From positions 59,130 to 123,129 of the forward strand of contig CAVPDP010000018.1 of assembly GCA_963702665.1 (NCBI GenBank): 64,000 bases of DNA, read 5' to 3'. Each line of letters opens with the position of its first letter. The first letter of the stretch is position 1. A model generated the notes under the pieces. The model made no database searches. It saw only the letters and a program-made list of their open reading frames with translations, and was not told the DNA's origin. This stretch comes from an uncultured Chloroflexia bacterium (GTDB lineage: Bacteria > Chloroflexota > Ktedonobacteria > Ktedonobacterales > JADMIN01). Positions 9,085 to 17,854 of this stretch are shown one piece after another. The translations under genes were made by a program, and so were the position numbers.

Positions 9085-10284
9085 TTAACTGATGGTCCGG
9101 GTCAGCGTTTCACGCGCATGCATGCCATAGCGCGCCAACTCGCGCAGAAACGCCGCCGGATCGAAGACCCGCTCGGCGCCGTGGGCGCCTGGCAGCCGTG
9201 CCTCGCCGCTCGCCAGCAAGATGCCAGCGATAGCCAGCGGAACACCTGTATCCAGGTCGCCCGCGCCGATGCCCCACGGCTTGTAGGGTAACACAACCAT
9301 TTCCTCGGTCAACTCCATTGGTACGTCGTCGCGCATGCCAGCGGCCACCACACGCAACACATCGCAGTCATCTGGCTCGCCAGCGGGCAGTGTATCCGCG
9401 CGTTGCCGCAGCAGCGCCACCAGCATCTCACGCGGGGCCACCTGCGCTGTCTGGCCTTTGCGCGCGCCACGCACACTGATAGCTGAGGTGTTGGCGAGTC
9501 CGAGGTCAACCAGCAGACGAAGCTGATCGAGGAAGTCTGGCGGGAAGGCAATTTTAAACGACGCGTGTTTCAGTCCGCGGTCGCCAAAGGAGACGGGGAA
9601 GAGCGCCACCTCCGAGTGGAGCGTATACATCGCGGTCACCTGGCCAATCGGCGCGGGAAAGTCGATGGGTTCCTGGCCAGAGAGCGGCGCGACGGCGCGC
9701 GTCTTGCCGTTGGCGAAGACCATCGGTTCGAGTGTGCATTCGTCGAGGATGGTGCGGATGGAGTACGGCGGCGCAAAGGGCACATCGCCGCTGCGCAGAT
9801 CGGCGGAGCCAATGCGCACGTCGAGCCGCTCCACCGTGTCGAGCTGATCGGCGGCGAGCCGCGCCAGAACGTTGGTGATGCCCGGCGTGCTGCCGATGCC
9901 AAGCACCGCCGTCAGCCCCGCCTCGGCGAAGGCGTCGTGCAACTCATACTGTCTGCGCGTCATATGAAACAGGCCACCGAGGTCGGCGTAGGGGACATGC
10001 GCGGCGAGCGCGGCCCGCATCACCGTGAGATTGAATGGATAGTCGGTGGCATTGAGGACAACATCGGCCCCGGTGAGCATCTCTGCCAGCCTGGGGCCGT
10101 CGCTCACATCGCAGGCCGTCGCCACCGCTTTCTCGCGGCCACGCTCCAGCCAGTCTATCGTCCGTTGCGCCGCCGCCTCGCTGAGATCGGCCACCGTTAC
10201 CCGTGTCACCCGCGCATCTTCGGCGAGTGCGCGCACGGTGATGCGCCCCATTGCGCCACCACCACCCAGAACAACAGTATGCAC
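9085..10284 (-). CDS. Saccharopine dehydrogenase-like oxidoreductase (carboxynorspermidine synthase / lysine 6-dehydrogenase superfamily)
   Basis: Rossmann VVLGGGGAMG; YADLGG; GIGSTPGITN; HSE motif; probable GTG start at 10284. Confidence 0.85.
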   Translation of the reverse strand: MHTVVLGGGGAMGRITVRALAEDARVTRVTVADLSEAAAQRTIDWLERGREKAVATACDVSDGPRLAEMLTGADVVLNATDYPFNLTVMRAALAAHVPYADLGGLFHMTRRQYELHDAFAEAGLTAVLGIGSTPGITNVLARLAADQLDTVERLDVRIGSADLRSGDVPFAPPYSIRTILDECTLEPMVFANGKTRAVAPLSGQEPIDFPAPIGQVTAMYTLHSEVALFPVSFGDRGLKHASFKIAFPPDFLDQLRLLVDLGLANTSAISVRGARKGQTAQVAPREMLVALLRQRADTLPAGEPDDCDVLRVVAAGMRDDVPMELTEEMVVLPYKPWGIGAGDLDTGVPLAIAGILLASGEARLPGAHGAERVFDPAAFLRELARYGMHARETLTRTIS

Positions 10285-10380
10285 GCGGCTGCCCTTTCGT
10301 TTGTATTGCGTCAATGTATAGAAAGATGGTGAGGCGGATGCGGCATCAACCGATGCTTTGTTCCCGCTTCACCATCGATG

Positions 10381-10420
10381 ACCTCTCCCCCCAGCCCCTC
10401 CCCGACGCGGGGAGGGGCAG
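10381..10420 (+). repeat. Partial family A repeat / hairpin
   Basis: ACCTCTCCCCCAGCCCCTCCCCGACGCGGGGAGGGG. Confidence 0.6.
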
Positions 10421-10445
10421 CCAGAGGCCGGGGAAAATGTTTAGT

Positions 10446-11984
10446 CTACCGGGCGACGATGTCGCTCAAGACACGCTCGGCTTTCCGGGTTGCGTGCCGC
10501 GAGCCACTTTTGGTCGCCTTGTGGGCGCTCGTGTGGCTTTTGCTATGCCCATTGCTGTGGCCGTTGCTGGCGGCTGGGACAGCGGGAGTCACGACGGGAA
10601 ACTGGATCACGTCGCCGGTGACGGGAGAGCCGCTCATCGCCTTGAGGGTATCTTCGAGGCGATCCAGGATGGTATCGATCTCGTCATACTCGATGACCAG
10701 CGGTGGCTCGATGCGTATCGTCTTGGCGCTCGTCAGCGTGCCAGAGATCAGCACACCACGGCGGAAGAGTCCCGCCGAGACAGCGTAGCCCAGCTCCGCC
10801 GTGCGGAAGTGCTGGCCGATGAGCAGCCCCTTGCCGGTGATGCGCTCGTAGATCGAGTCGTAGCGCTCGGCCATGGGCCTCAGCCGTTCGAGCATGTAGT
10901 CGCCCTTCGCGGCGGCCTGGCCGGGCAGATCCTCTTCCAGCACGACATTGATCGTGGCAATCGCGGCGGCGCAGGCCAGCGGATTACCGCCCGTGGTCGT
11001 GGTATGGAAGAATGGATCGTCGATGAATGGCTGCCAGACTTTCGGACTAGCGATGAATGCGCCGATGGGCATCACGCCGCCACCGAGCGCCTTCGCCGAG
11101 GTGATGATGTCGGGCACAACACCCCAGTGATTCACGCCCCAGAGCGCGCCCGTGCGGCCCAGGCCAGTCTGTACCTCGTCGGCGATCAGCAGCACGCCAA
11201 ATTCGTCGCAGAGTTGGCGCAGGCGCGGCCAGAAGTCGTCAGGTGGGACGATGGCCCCCGCCTCGCCCTGCACCGGCTCCATCACCACCGCGGCGATATC
11301 GTTGCCGACCTCCTGGGCGATGCGTAACTGCTGCTCGACGGCATCGGCGTCGCCAAACGGCACATGGTAGACGTTCCCCAGCAACGGCATCGCGGGTTTG
11401 CGGAACTTGGCCTTGCCCATCAGGCTGAGGCTGCCGGCCGTCTTGCCGTGGAAGCCACGCACCGCCGCGATAAAGCCAGACTTGCCGGTCGCCGCCTTGG
11501 CGAACTTCATCGCGCCCTCAACCGCCTCGGTGCCGCTGGAGACAAAGAAGGCATATTGCAGGTCGCCAGGCGTGATTTCCGCCAGCAAATTGGCCAGCAT
11601 GCCGCGCGGCCAATCGAGCATCTCCTGGGTGGGCATGGGCGCGCGATCAAGTTGGGCCTTCACGGCGTCAACCACCTTCTGGTGGGACCAGCCGAGGCTC
11701 AACAGCCCGTAGCCGCCAAGCGCATCGATGAATGTGCGCCCCAGCACGTCCACGAATGTCGCGCCGCGTCCGCTCCACTCGACCGAGGCGAAGTCGCCAC
11801 CCTCGGTGACGGACTTGCGATAGTCCAGAAAGCCAGGGTTGTAGTTGTCGGCAAAGTTGCGCAGGGTCGTGCGAATCAACTCTTCCGCCTGAGCGCGCTC
11901 AAGGCCCTTGCTGTGAATGACATCCAGATACTTGCGTGAGGTAGCGATAGCCTGACGAACCTGCGTGTCCTGCTGGGTACTCAT
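10446..11984 (-). CDS. patA: Putrescine aminotransferase (class III PLP-dependent) with low-complexity C-terminal tail
   Basis: PatA/YgjG-like N-terminus NPGFLDYRKSVT...VEW; SGTEAVE, FHGKT, EPVQGE, DEVQTG, AKALGGG, HTTTTGGNPLAC, TIRIEPPL. Confidence 0.85.
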   Translation of the reverse strand: MSTQQDTQVRQAIATSRKYLDVIHSKGLERAQAEELIRTTLRNFADNYNPGFLDYRKSVTEGGDFASVEWSGRGATFVDVLGRTFIDALGGYGLLSLGWSHQKVVDAVKAQLDRAPMPTQEMLDWPRGMLANLLAEITPGDLQYAFFVSSGTEAVEGAMKFAKAATGKSGFIAAVRGFHGKTAGSLSLMGKAKFRKPAMPLLGNVYHVPFGDADAVEQQLRIAQEVGNDIAAVVMEPVQGEAGAIVPPDDFWPRLRQLCDEFGVLLIADEVQTGLGRTGALWGVNHWGVVPDIITSAKALGGGVMPIGAFIASPKVWQPFIDDPFFHTTTTGGNPLACAAAIATINVVLEEDLPGQAAAKGDYMLERLRPMAERYDSIYERITGKGLLIGQHFRTAELGYAVSAGLFRRGVLISGTLTSAKTIRIEPPLVIEYDEIDTILDRLEDTLKAMSGSPVTGDVIQFPVVTPAVPAASNGHSNGHSKSHTSAHKATKSGSRHATRKAERVLSDIVAR

Positions 11985-12029
11985 ATAATCCCTTTATGCG
12001 CAGATGTGACGTATTCGGCAATTGATGTG

Positions 12030-12480
12030 CGGCTCTTCCCGAAAATCGGAAGAACCCGGCGCTCTCTCGTTGACTATGTCGAAGTCCGCTCGCTGCCGCC
12101 ACCATGCCATTTACAGATATGGCAATACGACTGTATGCGGATGGCCTTCATATGAGAAGGCGACCGTATACATAACAGCTTGCTGAGAGACTCCGGATGC
12201 CCGGAGAATGCGCCTCCGCGACCCGTCCTGCGTACCGGGTACGAACTATCAGGCGGAACACACGCCGAATCAGAACCTTGATGTGCTGACAACAATCACT
12301 GGGGCCATTCTGGCGCGGGATGCATCAACGAGTCCGGCGCGCAGAGCAGCGATACGATAGGTAAGGGCTTTTCATCCGTGTCATCGATGCAGAAGATGGA
12401 TGGCGAAATCAGCCGGGGTGGCCGAATAGCCGGTCTCGTAGACTGCCCGAAGGCGAGATGCGAGACGCCATGACACGGCA
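12030..12480 (-). other. Long structured 5' leader of the patA operon
   Basis: At least six stems, including a multibranch domain closed by a 9-bp helix (12376-84 / 12470-78) and a cUUCGg hairpin on the minus strand (12445-54). Confidence 0.5.
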
Positions 12481-12493
12481 GCACTCAAGGCCG

Positions 12494-12595
12494 TCAGGGG
12501 TAGCAGGTCGCGAGGTGGAAACCGCCGCACATGCGGTAGCGGCGCAGATACTCGGTCCGATCACGCTGCGCTAATGAGGGATCCTGAGCTTTCAT
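12494..12595 (-). CDS. Putative leader peptide MKAQDPSLAQRDRTEYLRRYRMCGGFHLATCYP* (33 aa)
   Basis: SD AGGGAG (12612-12607), ATG12595, CCC-TGA end; lies just downstream of a promoter-like sequence and ~510 nt upstream of patA. Confidence 0.55.
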   Translation of the reverse strand: MKAQDPSLAQRDRTEYLRRYRMCGGFHLATCYP

Positions 12596-12636
12596 AGCAA
12601 GGGGTTCTCCCTAGACTGGTACAACGACCTGGGGCC

Positions 12637-12667
12637 AGTATACACTGAGAGTTGTATAGTAACGCAA
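12637..12667 (-). promoter_or_regulatory. Putative sigma-70 promoter for the leader-patA transcript
   Basis: TTGCGT-N19-TATACT on the minus strand (spacing long); overlaps the inverted repeat TATAC-N10-GTATA. Confidence 0.45.
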
Positions 12668-12797
12668 GGGGGAGTCTGCATCCAATGCGCTTTCCGGCGT
12701 CTATCCCGGCGCCCATCCCAATGTCCGCGACGTTGTGGCCGATAAGCCGTCACGCCGCGCGCCAGTCGATTTTCTCAGAACAGGAAAGAGTGAGCGA

Positions 12798-14100
12798 ATG
12801 ACGATACCCACACAGCAGACCGAGCACGCGGAACAGAACTTCTATGTGGATCGACTGGAGAACGGCCTGCAAATCCTGGGGCAGCGCATGCCCGATCTGG
12901 AGTCGGTCTCGGTCTGCTTTTTCGCCCGCACCGGCGCGCGCGACGAGCATGATCCCGCGATCTATGGCGTCTCGCATTTCCTGGAGCATATGGTCTTCAA
13001 GGGCACTACCCGGCGCGATACCGAGAAGATCACCCTCGATTTCAATCGCATGGGCGCCGAGTTCAACGCGTTTACCTCGCTCGAACAGACGGTGTTCTAC
13101 ACCCGCATTCTGCGCGAATATCTGCCCGACGCGCTCGACCTGCTCAGCGATATGATGCGCCCGCGACTGGATGAGGCGGATTTCAACCTCGAACGCAACG
13201 TGATTCTGGAAGAGATCGCGCGCTCCGAAGATGTGCCGACGGGTCAGGCGTATCGCCGCATGATGCAGGGTTTCTTCGCGGGCAATTCGTTGGGCCACGA
13301 TGTGCTGGGCACGCGCGAGAGCATCGGCAATCTCCAGGTGGAGCAGATGCGCGCCTACCACGGGCGCCGCTATGCCGCCGATAATCTCATTCTGGCGGTT
13401 GCGGGCAATTTCGAGTGGGAGCAATTGCGCGCGCTGGCCGCCGAGAAGTGTGGCGGGTGGCAGTCGGGTGAGATGGGCCGCGAGGCGGCGCCGTTTACCC
13501 CCACACCCACATCGACGGTCATCGTCAAGCCACAGCAGAAGCAACAGATTATGCTGCTGGCGTGGCCGGGCGTGAGTGTGCAGGATGATGACCTCTATGC
13601 CGCCTATCTGGCGATGATGGTGCTGGGCGATGGCACTGGCTCGCGCCTCTTCTGGAATGTCTATCAGAAGGGGCTGGCCGAGACGGCGGCGGCCTCGCTC
13701 TCGCCGATGGATGGCACGGGCATGTGCGTCGCGTTTATCAGCACGACGCCCGACCATGCGCCCGGCGTGCTGGAGCTGCTACGGGCCGAGCTAAAGAGCC
13801 TCCAGGCCGATGGCATCCACGAAGACGAGCTGCGGCGCGCCAAGGATAAGCTCGTCAGCCGCACGGTGCTGGATGGCGATTCCGCGTTCAGCCGCATGCA
13901 GGATCTGGCCTATACCTGGGCGGCGAAGGCTGAGGTGCGTTCGATTCAGGATGAGATCGCCGAGATCGAGGCGGTCACACTGGCAGGATGTGCGGCGCGT
14001 GCTGGATCGCTTCCCCTGCACGGAGCATCAGGTGCTCACCACGTACGGGCCGCTGGATGAGGCTGCGTTCGGCGTCAACGATGGAGTAGAAGCAGGGTAG
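12798..14100 (+). CDS. M16 family (pitrilysin-like) zinc peptidase; apparent frameshift near 13985
   Basis: HFLEHMVFKGT inverzincin motif, FNAFTS, ERNVILEE; C-terminus continues as DVRRVLDRFP...GPLD in another frame. Confidence 0.9.
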
Positions 14101-14126
14101 TTGGGCATGATGGCAGAATGAGCAGG

Positions 14127-14194
14127 CCGTAGCGTAAACGCTACGGCGAATGGGCGGCGGAGTCGGGAAATTCGCCGTGGCCTTCAGGCTACGG
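14127..14194. repeat. Paired GTAG-type REP-like hairpins (family C)
   Basis: CCGTAGCGTAAACGCTACGG...CCGTGGCCTTCAGGCTACGG; inverted copy at 19786-19845. Confidence 0.7.
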
Positions 14195-14501
14195 ATAGTA
14201 CGCGGGCTGCCTGGAAGCGACGCCATTCGAGACGCAGCCCGCGCGCCCATGCCCAGATGAGCACTGGCAGCACGATCACCACACGATTGTTATAGGCGAT
14301 GGCGCGGCGGGGATGCCCATGCGCCGCGCAGGAGACCGCCCGCGTCATGCCACAGCCAGGGCAGGGTACGCCGAAGACGCGCCGAATGAGGCAGAGCGAT
14401 GGCCCAGCCTCGATGCGCGCGGTGGGAATCAGCCAGAAGACGAGGGGAAGGAGGATATAACATCCCACCTTCCCCAGTGAGACACGCGTCTCGCGGCTCA
14501 T
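14184..14501 (-). CDS. DUF2752-like membrane protein
   Basis: [19 protein letters not shown] motif; overlaps the TM2 gene stop. Confidence 0.8.
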   Translation of the reverse strand: MSRETRVSLGKVGCYILLPLVFWLIPTARIEAGPSLCLIRRVFGVPCPGCGMTRAVSCAAHGHPRRAIAYNNRVVIVLPVLIWAWARGLRLEWRRFQAARVLSVA

Positions 14502-14770
14502 GCTTTGCGCACGAGTGGACGACCCTGGCCATCCAGATACGAGCCGGTGGCAACCTTGACGATATCGATGATCGTCCAGACACCGCAGCCGCCAAGCGTG
14601 AGAAGTTTGCCAATGCCCAGGCCCGTGCTGCCGGTATAAAAGCGGTCAACACCAATTGAGCCAAGAAAAATTGCGAGGATGAGCGTTGTGGTCCAGTCGT
14701 AGCCCTGGGCGCTGCCGCCTGGTTGCCCCTGCATGGGTGGCGGCGCATACTGTTGCTGATCATAGCCCAT
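14498..14770 (-). CDS. TM2 domain-containing protein
   Basis: [16 protein letters not shown]...[15 protein letters not shown]. Confidence 0.88.
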   Translation of the reverse strand: MGYDQQQYAPPPMQGQPGGSAQGYDWTTTLILAIFLGSIGVDRFYTGSTGLGIGKLLTLGGCGVWTIIDIVKVATGSYLDGQGRPLVRKA

Positions 14771-14899
14771 TGTCACGTTCTCCTGTCGTTTACACATTTC
14801 CATATGTCACATGCCTGATAAAATCAAGCGCACATATGGCTTTATTGTACACACCCTGTCTACTGGCTGAAATAGCAATATGTGAGACATGCCATACGG

Positions 14900-14984
14900 G
14901 AGAACGCGCAGTGAGAATCAGCGAGAAGAAAAGGGAAGGAGGATAAGCATCTCACCTTCCCCAGTCTGACAGCACATGGCTCAT
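14900..14984 (-). pseudogene. Decayed 5' fragment of a second DUF2752 gene
   Basis: Minus strand ATGAGCC...CTGGGGAAGGTGAGATG...ATCCTCCTTCCC...CTGATTCTCACTGCGCG aligns by eye to the start of 14501-14184. Confidence 0.65.
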
Positions 14985-15509
14985 AGTTTGCGGACGAGCG
15001 GGCGGCCCTGAGCGTCCTTATACGAGCCAGTGACGATCAGGATGATATCGATAATCCACCAGACGCCACAGCCGCCGAAGGTGACGAGCTTCAGGATACC
15101 GAGCATGATGCTCCCGGTATAGAAGCGGTCAACGCCCAACTCCCCGACGAGAATGGAGAGGATGAGCGCGACGGTCCAGTCGTAGCCCTGGCCCTGGATA
15201 CTACCGCCGGTCTGCGGCTGCATCATCTGCGGCGGGTACGGTTGCATCTGCGGTTGCATCGGTGGTGGCGCATAGAACTGTGGCTGATCCGGCTGCGGCT
15301 GTTGCGCATATGTTGCGGAGGTGGTGGTGGCGCATAATACGGCTGCTGTGGTGGCATAGGCGGTGGCATAGGCGGCGGCAAGGTGGCGGCGCTTCCTGCG
15401 GCTGTTGCGCAGGCGGAGGCGCATACTGTTGCTCTGGCGCCATCGGTGGCGGCGTGTCTTGCGGCTGTTGTTGCTCTTCGTTGTTGTCGGGTGGTTGATC
15501 GTAGCCCAT
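14981..15509 (-). CDS. TM2 domain protein with long Pro/Gln-rich N-terminus (indels in the repeat region)
   Basis: MGYDQPP start like its paralog; GVDRFYTG...GGCGVWWIID. Confidence 0.85.
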
Positions 15510-15696
15510 CGGTGCATCCTTTCTGGCGCTAGCAGGCATGGCGCATGTTGGGAACGTTCGGTCTCCTCATCGGTCTCCTCAGATGTACATACGCTCACCG
15601 GGTCGCTGCGGTAGCATCAGCGTTGAGCGCATTCGCAACCCTGATACGCTACAAAGAAATAGAGGCGCAGAGCCAGCAATTCAGGTGGCTCATGCG

Positions 15697-16863
15697 CTAG
15701 ACGGGCCGGGTAGAGAGCGCCCGCAGCCGCTCGACGATGGCGGGCAGATGTTCCACCACGAAATCGACATCGGCGTCTGTCGTGCTGTGGCCGAGCGTCA
15801 GCCGCAGATGGCCACGCGCCGCGCTCTCGGAGACGCCCATCGCCATCAGCACATGCGACGGCTCGACGCTGCCCGTCGTGCAGGCGCTGCCGCTGGAGGC
15901 CGCGACGCCAAGCAGATCGAGATTGAGCAGCAGCGATTCGCCCTCGACGCCCGCAAATGCGACACTGGCGTTATTCGGGAGCCGTTGCTCAGGATGCCCG
16001 GTGAGGCGCGTATCGGGAATGCGCAGGATGGCGCCGAGGAGCCGGTCGCGCAGCGCCGTCAGCCGGGCCGATTCCTCCACCCGCATCGTCTGCGCACGTT
16101 CGAGGGCGATGGCGGCGCCAACCGCTCCCGGCACATTCTCGGTGCCAGCGCGCCGGTTGCGCTCCTGCGAGCCGCCGAGCATCTGTGGCTGGATGCGCGT
16201 GCCCTGGCGCACGTAGAGAACGCCGACGCCCTTGGGGCCGTAGAACTTGTGGGCCGAGAGCGAGAGCAGATCGACGCCCAGCGTATTCACGTCGAGGTCG
16301 AGGATCCCGCCCGCCTGCACCGCGTCGGTGTGGAACGGCACGCGCCGCTCGCGACAGATGCGCCCAATCTCGGCGATCGGCTGAATCGTGCCCACCTCGT
16401 TGTTGGCGTACATCAGCGTCACGAGCGCCGTCTCGTCGGTGATGGCCGCCGCCACATCGGCAGGATTCACCAGCCCAGTCGCATCCACCGGCAGATAGGT
16501 GACGCGGTAGCCCTCGCGTTCGAGCTGCTGGCAGGTATTCAGCACGGCATGGTGCTCGATGGCGGTCGTGATGATGTGGTTGCCGCGCCGCCGCTTGGCG
16601 TAGGCCACGCCTTTGATCGCCAGATTGTCGGCCTCGGAGCCACCACCCGTGAAGATGATCTCCACCGGGCGACAGCCCAGCATGCGGGCAACCGTTTCGT
16701 GGGCGGTTTCCAGCGCGTCGAAGCTCTGGCGACCCAGGCGATAGATGCTGCTGGGGTTGCCGAATTGGTCGGTAAAATAGGGGAGCATCGCGGCGAGAAC
16801 CGCCGGATCAACCGGGGTGGTCGCCGCGTGATCCATGTATATCGTGTCGTCGGTGAGTGGCAT
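15697..16863 (-). CDS. iscS: Cysteine desulfurase (IscS/NifS group I)
   Basis: YMDHAATTP, GNPSS, SAHKFYGPKG, SSGSACT. Confidence 0.93.
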   Translation of the reverse strand: MPLTDDTIYMDHAATTPVDPAVLAAMLPYFTDQFGNPSSIYRLGRQSFDALETAHETVARMLGCRPVEIIFTGGGSEADNLAIKGVAYAKRRRGNHIITTAIEHHAVLNTCQQLEREGYRVTYLPVDATGLVNPADVAAAITDETALVTLMYANNEVGTIQPIAEIGRICRERRVPFHTDAVQAGGILDLDVNTLGVDLLSLSAHKFYGPKGVGVLYVRQGTRIQPQMLGGSQERNRRAGTENVPGAVGAAIALERAQTMRVEESARLTALRDRLLGAILRIPDTRLTGHPEQRLPNNASVAFAGVEGESLLLNLDLLGVAASSGSACTTGSVEPSHVLMAMGVSESAARGHLRLTLGHSTTDADVDFVVEHLPAIVERLRALSTRPV

Positions 16864-16969
16864 AGTAGTTGCTCCGAAACCTGCGTGGGCCGTGAACGAC
16901 CGTGTACGACAGCCGGTCTATGCTTCATGATAGCACCGGGCGCGGACCGAGAGCCAGCGCCGCTCATCC

Positions 16970-17022
16970 TTGACGCAGAGGTGGCTGTGATGGTACCATG
17001 TATACGGTACCCCCGTAGGGTA
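16970..17022 (+). promoter_or_regulatory. Promoter (TTGACG-N18-TACCAT, extended -10) with CsoR-type operator TACCCCCGTAGGGTA
   Basis: Operator 17008-17022 has TAC/GTA ends around C/G tracts, the typical CsoR/RcnR-family pattern, upstream of trxA and the repressor gene. Confidence 0.7.
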
Positions 17023-17068
17023 ATCGGCGCATCAGAGTGGGCAATATCGCCCAGGAGGACTCCTTAAC

Positions 17069-17404
17069 ATGTCAGGCGCGTATATCGAAGTGACCGATCA
17101 GACATTCGGTGAGCAGGTGCTTCAGGCGGATGGCCCCGTTATCGTTGATTTCTGGGCGCCCTGGTGTACTCCTTGCCTGCGCATGGCCCCGACGTTTGAG
17201 AAGCTGGCGGGGGAGTATTCCGGTAAGATCACGTTTGCGAAGATGAATACTGACGAGAATGCGACAACGCCGTCGCGCCTTGGAATTCAGGGCATCCCGA
17301 CGATGATTATCTTCAGTGGTGGTAAAGAGGTTGATCGTGTGGTTGGCATGGTGCCGGGTGATGTGCTCAAGCGCCACCTGGACGGCGTAGGCGCCCGCGC
17401 CTAA
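17069..17404 (+). CDS. trxA: Thioredoxin
   Basis: VIVDFWAPWCTPC; GIQGIPT; SD AGGAGG. Confidence 0.93.
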   Translation: MSGAYIEVTDQTFGEQVLQADGPVIVDFWAPWCTPCLRMAPTFEKLAGEYSGKITFAKMNTDENATTPSRLGIQGIPTMIIFSGGKEVDRVVGMVPGDVLKRHLDGVGARA

Positions 17405-17433
17405 TTCTGGCCGGGGAATCGGGGTTGGGACCA

Positions 17434-17703
17434 ATGGCGACGCTGTCAGAAAAAACCGAGAATGACATGCAGTTGCGCCTGCGACGAATCGAAGGACAGG
17501 TTCGGGGCGTTATCAATATGCTCGCGGAGGGGAAGTCCTGCGAGCAGGTCGTGACGCAGATTCTGGCCGCCCGCGCCGCCATGGATCGAGTGGCGACCGA
17601 GGTCTTGAAGTGCCATGTGACGGACGCGCTCGGCGACGAGACCTCGCCAGAGTCGCGCGCGGCGGTCATGCGCGCCATTGACCTGCTCAACCGCGTGCAA
17701 TAG
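17434..17703 (+). CDS. CsoR/RcnR/FrmR-family transcriptional repressor
   Basis: RLRRIEGQVRGV...SCEQVVTQILAARAA. Confidence 0.9.
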   Translation: MATLSEKTENDMQLRLRRIEGQVRGVINMLAEGKSCEQVVTQILAARAAMDRVATEVLKCHVTDALGDETSPESRAAVMRAIDLLNRVQ

Positions 17704-17854
17704 CTACAGCAGACCGCCCATTTCTCCTGTGTCATACGGCAGAGCGCCGCGCTATGGAGATAATTTCTCGTGGCGCGGCGTTTTCGTGGTCGTTTGTGTC
17801 GTCTTTGCGCGCGCTGAAGTTGGGGAGAAATCTGTGATGGGCCTGGGATGACCG

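Noticed and set aside
15538..17067. Long antisense ORFs (also 7348-8376, 10251-11327, 12750-13757, 50540-51940)
   Set aside because: Shadow frames of well-supported genes in GC-rich DNA, with no recognisable motifs.
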